Positions 56,801 to 64,000 of a DNA stretch of 64,000 nt are shown here, piece by piece (position 1 is the first letter of the stretch; the number at the start of each line of letters is the position of its first letter). The notes under the pieces were generated by a model. The model ran no database searches. It saw only the letters and a program-made list of their open reading frames with translations, and had not been told where the DNA came from. The DNA comes from Epithemia pelagica (taxonomy: Eukaryota > Protista > Bacillariophyta). The stretch covers positions 434,001 through 498,000 of the forward strand of contig OX337233.1 in assembly GCA_946965045.2 (NCBI GenBank), read 5' to 3'. Position numbers and translations under genes: made by a program.

Positions 56801-57218
56801 GGCGGAGGATCAAGTCTCGCCTTCGCCTCCGCCACGCTCACCAGCACCATCCGCCACACAATTCTCGTCCACGACTGTGGATGGTGGTCCTCGTCCACTG
56901 CTTTTCCAGCATTGGAAACAGTACCTGACCAAACACAAGACGACGGTGCCGAAACCAGGACGTTCCAGCCAGAGCATTATTCGAGACATGAACCAGACGC
57001 CAACCAAGCTGGACGAGAAGAAGGATACATTATCGCCAATGGATCGAATTCCTGTTTCGTCACCCATGGCAGCATCCAAAACAATGACAACAACTATTAG
57101 ACAGGAGAGTTTGGTGGCTCGTTCGGTACGTCGTCCATCCCGACTGTTGGGGCGTCGTCGTCGTAGCATTCACACGTTGTACAACAAGGTGGAGGAGGAA
57201 CCATCCTGTGATTGGTAA
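53871..57218 (+). CDS. Array gene A16: acidic disordered protein, 1115 aa, with poly-Glu
   Basis: accATG; LVVQYWLDDMLG...DSYSAISSFF motif. Confidence 0.82.
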   Translation: MEMVRIDSLDQPPPPPPPLQQQERGGGPLDHQPLLQQSPPSPQVRHGSKLLTKMRAHQRRSRHSFVEQDSAKEDLGIRTTATTTTTTLKRRQGEFVSNTVVSGRPTTTTTPTRTIQPHDLQPEKTDCEEEQQQAQEQQESEEDTTTTASQFHYYQQEQLQRLVGSLYSPHVSDFVDHGASLEEMNNNKDQKSWHDNDNDKASSEEQEIWLDAAQPKEPEHFHEYPPIVSSTVWEPEEEEEQQEPELEEEEEEEEEEEEEEEEEEEEEEEEEEEEEEEEEEEEETEIVFLPATTTRHSSQHQDTRPSIRTIRNDPLTGHQENPVFVQDPNEKEQEDQEEHPNRRLLRRRQRRRQHRHRRRALFPKLTATTFLGPSILDMTTTSGSSVQDDSASSSSSSSSSLHGNRRKDPTTAKPQSQATTNLDPSQNEPDDSVDLPQDDLEYNNNKEEDQDRSSPIVSHLLSDSSSFSNAEQESLRWPLLWSSTSQNNKNNHKTLHVTTTCRPPAPFRRRHSGSSSSSSFGKQQEHQDSFSSNGTPPPAYRFEPLDVTAAAGFEKKKEKKSHQSPSTEQQPQVMEKAPQDDAASLDSGILDLDYHVDQLTKDLLQRMIHEQQEDDITSTISTQEGDLSSTSPNPDSFSSLDDDEDGFVSDDGNSNDNNNMAHDTSLVVQYWLDDMLGDDLDNDSYSAISSFFATGSRFVDGSSPLKTTRTATHGDAGLEKNHSEERSSFSFEQRTAGSNQPNGMASPGPTVSGHSDNKQSLDETEPAPSSTATTTITTPQQPMSWPDDMTTRSNITADEHLMVLCRAPSFASSTSNESLPHEKPQVTTAPPPSSSSVSPAQDILSGLTAPLTTTRSLWTQDSWSLDDDDDDSKDGDSDKEETAFLDRFMDETHRYLKEWKVTAASTGEEDDGLPTTSQDDDDDDDSMSLDMSESDRSVLDLDHAKALVSDHSWLPAPSNVSSFSCTDDDDSDNSLYSAEDQVSPSPPPRSPAPSATQFSSTTVDGGPRPLLFQHWKQYLTKHKTTVPKPGRSSQSIIRDMNQTPTKLDEKKDTLSPMDRIPVSSPMAASKTMTTTIRQESLVARSVRRPSRLLGRRRRSIHTLYNKVEEEPSCDW
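54609..54716 (+). repeat. Perfect (GAA)36 microsatellite encoding poly-E
   Basis: 108 uninterrupted nt of GAA. Confidence 0.95.
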
Positions 57219-57822
57219 TATCCTTGCATACAACAGTCCTCCCCTGTTGGTTCCCTTTTCTGTTCCAAAGGATCGATCTCTACGTATACTACACGTCTCC
57301 GTTCGACTCCTCTTGTGGTGTACCACCATGACACACCACTTCTTGTGGGCTGGCATTGTCCTTGTCGGATGGAATGCCCGACACAACCTTGTGTGTGTGT
57401 GTTGTGGGAGCAACGCCTACTATTCCTTTGGTGCTGCTGGAAAGAGAGTCTCATATTTCATAATCACATGTTGTGTTTCTAGAATTTGGTCGATCCCTAT
57501 ACTCTGCTACTAGTAATAGCAGTGAGCAGTTTTGTCCTCTCAGTATAGTACAGAGAGGTTGGTGGTCTAAAGAAGCAGGGGTCGTCTTTTGAAGAGTAGG
57601 AAACTCTCCTAGCTATAGCTCAGGGCAAGCTAGGGATAGCTAGCTAGCTCTGTGTGCGCGCAGGAGGACCACTCGAGAACGCGGGCTTCTCCACTCGGTC
57701 GATCGCTGTTGGCGAGAACATCACAACAATTGGTGAGCAACTGGTCCCTCCAACAGAAGAACCAACACCCTACTACAAGGAACGTCGACAACGACGACAA
57801 GACCCCATCAGCAGCAGCAGTG

Positions 57823-58410
57823 ATGAGAGGAGAGCAGTGGCGTGGTTGGAAACAACGATTCTTTCCCAAACACAACCACAACAACAACAACAACAACAAC
57901 AAGAAAAAGAAAAAGAAGAAGACAGTGGCGCCACAAGAACAGGCATGGGCAGCAACAACAACAACGGCGACTACAACAACGACCACAAGAGACGGGAGTA
58001 CTATCCGCAAGACTGCTTCCGAAACGGAACGAGCCATGGAAAAATTGATTCAAGGTTACGAGAAAACGGTACAAGAGTACAAGAAAGAAACGCATGCCAA
58101 TTCGGAGGAGCTCGTGAACCAGGCGACGGTGCAATTTTTGCAACAAACACACCAAGAGCTTCAAGCCATGGACCATGCCAATGCCAATGACAAAGATGAC
58201 GATTCCGATTCCTTTGCCTCGTCCTTGCTCCGGGGCATGCTTAATTATCTCCAAAACGGCTCCTCGGACGACGACGACGAGAACCCCGAGGCACCCACGA
58301 AAGGCACCACCCAAATGAGTTCCTGTGATCGCTGTCTGTTCTGCGTCTATCTCCTTTGTTTCATGGTGTGCCAACCGTGCATTCCTTGGAGGAGTACTAC
58401 TACTCAGTAG
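57823..58410 (+). CDS. Array gene A17: small protein with a predicted helix and a Cys-rich hydrophobic C-terminus
   Basis: First ATG of ORF 57652-58410; ERAMEKLIQGYEKTVQEYKKE helix; SSLLRGMLNYL patch; tail CDRCLFCVYLLCFMVCQPCIPW. Confidence 0.65.
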   Translation: MRGEQWRGWKQRFFPKHNHNNNNNNNKKKKKKKTVAPQEQAWAATTTTATTTTTTRDGSTIRKTASETERAMEKLIQGYEKTVQEYKKETHANSEELVNQATVQFLQQTHQELQAMDHANANDKDDDSDSFASSLLRGMLNYLQNGSSDDDDENPEAPTKGTTQMSSCDRCLFCVYLLCFMVCQPCIPWRSTTTQ

Positions 58411-58854
58411 TTGGTGCGACGACCGTGGAGACAGGTGAGCAATCCTTTGTTGGTGTACGTAGTTGGTACTTTATAATTCTTGCTCTCCTTTTCTATATCG
58501 ACGAATGGTCTACTAGAGGTAGAGGAGATGAACGGGATGCAGCCTTGCTCTTGTAGCTAGCGTTCGCTATCCTCTAGCTCTACTAGTAGAGCTCTCTACA
58601 GAGTAGCGCTAAATGCGGTAGAGCGAATCTGCTTCCCCAAAGATTCGCGCGTCGTGGAGTCGTGACCATGCAGTGGGGCGCCAAACATTCATCCATCGTA
58701 CACGACTTTGACACAACGCCCCACCGCGACGTGCGTGGGTCCTTAGACGACGACCACAACAACAAAAGCATTCCCTGTTCTCTCCCTTCATCATTGATCT
58801 TTGGTGTTGTCGTACGATCCTCTCTGTATCCAATATCCAATCTCCAATTTGACC

Positions 58855-60339
58855 ATGTTTACGTCCCGTGCTTTGTGTCAATTGACGAGTCGTCGTACTG
58901 CTTCCGTGTGGAAGAACCGTGTGTCGTCGCAAGGCCGTCGTGTCTTTTCGTCGTCGTCCAGCAATGGTGGCAGTGGCGGTGGTGGTATGGTATCGCTCTT
59001 GGGTGTCGGTGCCGTGGCCGGTGTGGGATATTACCTGTACAATGATGTCACACAGCAAACGGCCCAATTGCAAACGGCCTGCAACGACTTGCAAGTCCAA
59101 GTTTCCGGCAAGACCAATTCGGCCTTTGTCTTTATCAAACCGCATGCCTGCAAAGGCTCGTCGCCCGAAAAGGTCCAAGCCGTCGTGGAAGAAACACTTG
59201 CCAAGCATGGCATTCGCATTACCGGCAAGGGCGAAATGGTGGCGGAACAAATTGACGAGCATCAATACATTGATACGCATTACGGGGCCATTGCCAGCAA
59301 GGCCGTCAAATTGCATCCGTCTGAATTGACCGTCCCCGACAAGGGTCAAGCGCAATTTGAACAAGCCTTTGGTGAATCCTGGCAATCGGCCTTGGAACAG
59401 GGCAAGGTGTACAATGCCAAGGAAGCCGCCGCCAAACTCGGTGTCGATGCCGCCGGTCTCAATGACTTGTGGAGCAAATTGCAACGCGGCAAGACGCTCT
59501 TGAAATTTGGCGGAGGCTTTTATTGCGGCAAAATCAAGGATATCTATGTCATGAATGGCTTTTACATGTCCATGCGGTAAGAAGCACAACAAGTGGCGAG
59601 TGTGTGTTTGTGTTGGAGGGGATTTGTGGGACTGGTTCCCGTGACGACATTTGGACGGTCGGTGGGACCTGCTCCGTTGCCTTCTTGTCGTCGTCGTTGT
59701 CGTCGTCGTCTCACACTCCTGACTCGTGTCTTTGGTCGACAGCGCTGCCTATTGCAACCCCGGCGAAAAGATTCAATGGTACACTGTGTAAGTCTACGAC
59801 TCGAAACCAACGTGACTTTGGAAAGCGTATGCGTGCGTCGCTCTCTCATTTGGATTGGTATTTTTTGCGTCATTGTTGTCGTCGTATGGTATGTGTGTCG
59901 TTTTGGTTTGGGAACGAACCACAGTTCCTGGCCGACGGACGCCTTGTCGTGGCAAGACTTTCGTTCCAAGGTCTTGGGTCCGACCAATCCGGCCGAAGCG
60001 CCCAAGGAATCGATTCGTCGGCAAATTTTGGATCATTACAAGGAATTGGGTCTCAAGAGTAAACCAAATACGGGCGACAATGGCGTTCATGCCTCGGCTT
60101 CGCCTCTCGAAGGCTTGGCCGAACGCGTCAATTGGTTGGGCGCGTCGCTCGAACAAGATGCCTTTGGCAAGGGACTCTTGGCGGCCGGTATTAGCAAGGC
60201 GCAAATTCAGGAATGGAGTGGCGATTGTCAAGTCACGGTCGACGGTGAAACGGCCCCGGGCAAAACCATGAGTGTCTTTGATGCCCTCGAAGATTTGGAT
60301 GCCGATGTCTCGTTGGACAAGGTGACCAAAATTCATTAG
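58855..60339 (+). CDS. Nucleoside-diphosphate-kinase-like protein with a mitochondrial-type presequence and TM segment; 3 exons (58855-59576, 59743-59787, 59925-60339)
   Basis: SAFVFIKPHA, FRSKVLGPTNP and GDNGVHASAS motifs; GT-AG introns 59577-59742 (CTGAC branch site) and 59788-59924 give a continuous frame MSMR-AAYCNPGEKIQWYTV-SWPT. Confidence 0.9.
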
Positions 60340-60957
60340 AACTGTGGCAGTCGCCAAACCGGGACGGAATGCTCCGAATGAGGGAGGGGCGTAGTAGAAC
60401 TACCTAGGATACTACTCGGAACGTAAGGTAGGTAGGTAGGTATTTTGTGGTATCCCTCGTTTACCTACCACTCTCGTAGTAGAGAGGCAGGTCCCACTTC
60501 ACTTCCCCCAAACGGTACCACTCTCTCTCTACCTCTACTAGGAGTAGTACTGTTGGACGGTAGGTCGTCCAAGCGCTTGCTACAACAGGACCTCGAACCA
60601 CCAAACTCATCATGGTGCGGGATGGATGATGATTCATCGTTCTCTCTCCTGTCATTGGTTGGTTGGTTGGTTGGTTGGCGTCGTCGCTCCCAACACTAAA
60701 GAGAATCCCACACTCCAAGCTCCACGAATAGCTAGCTACACCACCTCTACGGATATAAAGGACGAGGAAACCAAGGAAAGCTATTCTTATTCTTGTTATT
60801 CTTATAATCGTTACATGTAAAGAGAATAGACTGGACACACTCAGTCACACACAGAGACACGCAAACGATACGAAGGAGTGTCTTGTTTGGTTATGAAACT
60901 TGTGGGGTTTTGTGTTTGTTGGGTAGGAGTGCATAGATGCCTGCGCAGTTCTCTTTC

Positions 60958-61481
60958 TTACGGCGGCGGCACAATGACTTGATCAATGATATGAATCAAT
61001 CCATTATTGGCAAAAATATCCGCTTCAATAATCTCCGCCTGCACCAGGCTCGTGCCCGTTCGTGTGTCCCCATCCACTTCAATAATGAGAGCATCCAAAA
61101 GCAGGTTGTTTCCTTTTCCTATACTTCTGAAACTATCTCCCCTCGCACACTTTCTAGCTGTCGGTTTTCAAGAAACCACTGTCCAACCAAATTGTCTGTG
61201 CCGGCAAGCGGGCTTGTCATTTTGAATTTGTATGGATTGACAGGGGTTTTCCAGGCACAAGTTTTGCGGGTAGACTCGTCTTCTCTGTCGCAGGGAACCC
61301 ACGCTGTTCCTGTGGATCCCTCTTGTCGTCCTCCAGTCCATTGCCACACATGACGCCCCGTAGGAGCGTCCACGGTCGCACCAGCCCAGTAACCTATATG
61401 CTTGTCACAGCGGGTCCCACTGGTTTGCCAGGCCGAATTCTGGACGCACACATGATATACTGTGTAGTGGCTTGTCAACAC
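60958..61481 (-). pseudogene. Fasciclin (FAS1)-domain remnant
   Basis: Minus frame not in the ORF track ends ...QAEIIEADIFANNGLIHIIDQVIVPPP* (FAS1 H2 motif); the upstream frame has GATVDAPT (H1-like) and LESVRGE; frame break near 61120-61140. Confidence 0.6.
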
Positions 61482-61890
61482 TGGACAAGCTTCTGGAATC
61501 GCATGAAACTCCAGTTCCCATAATTGGCTGCGACACGCCGTCTTGTCATTGTCTAATTCCTTGAGTTTGGCTTCTTTCGCCTCTTGCGCGCGCGCATGAG
61601 CGATTGGCCATCCCCCATCTCTGATGTGTATTTCATGTTGGACTCTTCAAGCTCCTTCCGTGCCATGTCCCTGGCAGTGGTGAGATTGCAAATCTTCTCC
61701 TGAAAACCAGCAGCAATCTCCTCGTCCAACTCCTTGCGCGCAGGGCCTCCACCTCTTGGACGTGTTGCAACGCTCTCCTTGGCAAGAAAAATCCGCCTTC
61801 AAGTCTTGCAGCCACATCTCTGTCTTTGAGATTTGGCAGTTGCGGTTGGGAGAGCTTTGGTTTCCACTGTGGAGCGTTGCTTCCATAGCC
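61482..61890 (-). pseudogene. Decayed coiled-coil coding fragment
   Basis: Pieces KELDEEIAAGFQEKICNLTTARDMARKELEESNMK and AQEAKEAKLKELDNDK lie in different frames. Confidence 0.35.
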
Positions 61891-62611
61891 GCGACGGCGC
61901 TGTCGAGATCAAACTAATCATGTGAGACAAACCGTAGTGTGGGCCACTACCTGTTACTGGAAAAAGCCACAGCAGTGAGAACAATGACGGCTATAGTAGA
62001 CAAACGACCGCCGCTCTTCTTGTTCCGTTCCACCTCGCGGCCTGCTGGAAACAACGGAGTTCTTTTTTTGCTTTGTTTTTGGTCGTCACATCCACAACAC
62101 AAAAGCGAAGGCGAGTCCGAAACGAGAAGGGTAAAGGACGGACAGACGGTCTACTCTCCCTGGTGCGCACTTTTGTCGCGCGAAGAAGGGGGCCGTTCCC
62201 ACCTGCCAGCCGACCCAGCAACCGGCCATCCACAAATCCCAAAACAAGGCATATCTTGTTGTCTCACGCACAACGAGAACGTCCCGCTCCACAAAAAGTG
62301 GACAAAGCGTGGTGGAGAGATTTGTTGGCAACTGAGACCAACGACCGGGGTATATCATGTTCGTATTGTACATGATCCATTCCAAATAAGTAGTGCAGAG
62401 AGGAAAGTGAGAGCGAGATCTCCAATCCATGGCATGGAAGTCTTCCACTGTCGGTAGGTATCCAACAAGACTGCCTTGCGATTTTCACCGGATTGCAATC
62501 CCTGCCCATTCGGATGGGGATGATAGTGCGCTCTTGGCCTATTATATTGTCAATGTTCGACGAGGCTCCTGCGTGTCCCATCTCTTCGCTTGACTCAGTG
62601 GAACAAGAGCG

Positions 62612-63514
62612 ATGAGTGTGACGAAGGCACCACAACTCGAAGCGCTCAAATCCATGTCTTTGCCTCCACTTTCGGCTGATGGCAAACCTCAACCTAAGTT
62701 GTCTGCGATCTCTCGTCAATACGATGTTGGAAATAAGGGTTTCCTTTCGGATGCTGAAATGCAGATGAGAGAGATGGATAGCGAAAATCGTGGCTATTTG
62801 ACAAATGCTCAAGTGGCACAAGTGGTTGAACAAACTATGACTATTCGAGAAGCGAATATGACTCTACGAAATTACCTCATTGGATAAGTTGTCACGGTGG
62901 TGATACTGGGGCTTTCCAATTTGGGGACTGCCTTTGCAGCAGCACGACTCACAAAAGATACGTCTGTGGAAGAAAGTTCTGGACGTATGATTGTTCAGGG
63001 AGAATCTTCCAAAACGATTGTTATGCAAGGAGCTGGGAATACATTACATGCCCATGTTTACGCCAGTGATGATAATGCGACTAGCACACTGATATGTGTC
63101 ACCACAAGAGAACTTTCTGCTGCTTATCAGAACAATTGTGATGGAATCACAACCACCCTGTTAATGCAATCTACGGATGGGAATAGACTTTCAGTGGAGC
63201 TAATGGAAATTTCCCGCTCAGGCGCATCACAGAACGAAACGCATGTTGTACTGCAAGGACAGAAAGACAACCGAACTCTCATTTTTGATCTTGAATCAGA
63301 TGCGTGTGATTTCTTGTCTCAGAAGCAATCAACTACTGGAATACGACGAGGACTTGAGAGTCGTTTCGAATCAATAGTTGAAGAAACAGATGTGCACGGG
63401 GTTCATACTTCTCGACACCTGACGTTCCAAGATCAAAGTGGCTCGGTTCGTAGAGCCGAGTCAACGTGGAAGACTGACTCCGCGGGCTACACTGCTGGCA
63501 TTATATATTCATGA
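62612..63514 (+). pseudogene. EF-hand-like + transmembrane protein with an in-frame TAA (62885-62887)
   Basis: YDVGNKGFLSDAE and MDSENRGYLTNAQV are EF-loop-like; ORFs 62612-62887 and 62897-63514 share a frame, and the stop falls inside the TM helix (YLIG*VVTVVILGLSNLGTAFAAA). Confidence 0.65.
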
Positions 63515-63704
63515 TGAAGAAGACAATTTGAATTGGCCCGTGTTAAGATTGTTGTATTTTGAATGCTCCCAAGTCCAACTCTCCTCCTTTCCTTTTTCCA
63601 TGTTTTGTAACATGTAAGAGTCCTCGCAAAACATTTGTTGTTGAACCTAATAATCACCCAGGAAAAATCTGTGACCGAGATCAGAGTTTAGTAGGTTTTG
63701 GTCT

Positions 63705-64000
63705 TCAAAGTAGTTCGTGTGGTAAATCATCAACACCCAATTGAACAAGAGCTTGCCGTTGTGCGTGTTTTACCTGCACTGCTTCCGCACGGCGACCAGA
63801 TGTGATTTGAGAGGTTCCGGCCAAGATTGTCTTGCCATCACTGGAAATTAAACGAAGGTATCCCCAATCACTCTGTTTCAATGGACCCGCCCATCGACGC
63901 ATGGCATCATTATGCTTGTGATCGTACCGGTCCCATGTATTGAAAGCACATGGAACAAAATAGGTTTCCGCTATGCGCTGAATGGCAGGATCACTGAAAA
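63705..64000 (-). CDS. 3' end of a gene entering from beyond the window; thioredoxin-like fold candidate
   Basis: Open frame from the edge: FSDPAIQRIAETYFVPCAFNTW...GYLRLISSDGKTI...*; resembles the C-terminal half of thioredoxin-like domains. Confidence 0.5.
   Translation of the reverse strand, partial: FSDPAIQRIAETYFVPCAFNTWDRYDHKHNDAMRRWAGPLKQSDWGYLRLISSDGKTILAGTSQITSGRRAEAVQVKHAQRQALVQLGVDDLPHELL

Noticed and set aside
430-57454. Hundreds of short antisense and alternate-frame ORFs rich in V/L/C/W/S
   Set aside because: They are shadows of the CAA/GAC/ACG/GAA-rich sense ORFs, whose antisense frames lack stops; they have no independent motifs.
51-58410. Array proteins as silaffin/cingulin-type frustule proteins
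   Set aside because: No N-terminal signal peptides, KxxK pentalysine clusters or RXL processing sites were evident; the proteins look cytosolic or nuclear.
12979-62887. UAA/UAG reassigned to Gln (alternative genetic code), suggested by many internal TAR stops
   Set aside because: TAA/TAG also end the NDK-like, FAS1 and all array ORFs at sensible places, and Gln-rich ORFs of 700-1100 codons contain almost no TAR; one TAG replaces Trp, not Gln.

Overview
Eukaryotic DNA, most likely from a pennate diatom (diatom CoDi-type Ty1/copia element, short GT-AG introns, diatom-style gene families); the species cannot be fixed without a search. About 58 kb is an array of ~18 co-oriented (+ strand), apparently intronless genes encoding large low-complexity, disordered orphan proteins. 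These are unalignable over most of their length but share a recurring set of short motifs (DAF[TS]; L[ML]xYW[LV]EG[VI]Y; DSx[LIV]SAF[LVF]G), and many upstream regions carry GGTGCGCCA and CAACGG elements. A young, intact 6450-bp Ty1/copia retrotransposon (28588-35037) sits in the array, with identical 159-bp LTRs and a 4-bp TSD. Its gag and pol are in one frame, separated by a single UGA followed by a 9-nt spacer and an 11-bp stem (readthrough candidate), and its PBS matches the anticodon arm of a tRNA-Ile. Two foreign, broken genes (a P-loop NTPase and a kelch/coiled-coil gene) lie in the array, each between imperfect direct repeats. The right end holds an intact 3-exon NDP-kinase-like gene, a fasciclin remnant, an EF-hand-like/TM gene with an internal stop, and the 3' end of a thioredoxin-like gene. 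Many non-TE genes carry single in-frame TAG/TAA stops or 1-nt frameshifts. No database searches were run; family assignments rest on motifs read by eye.
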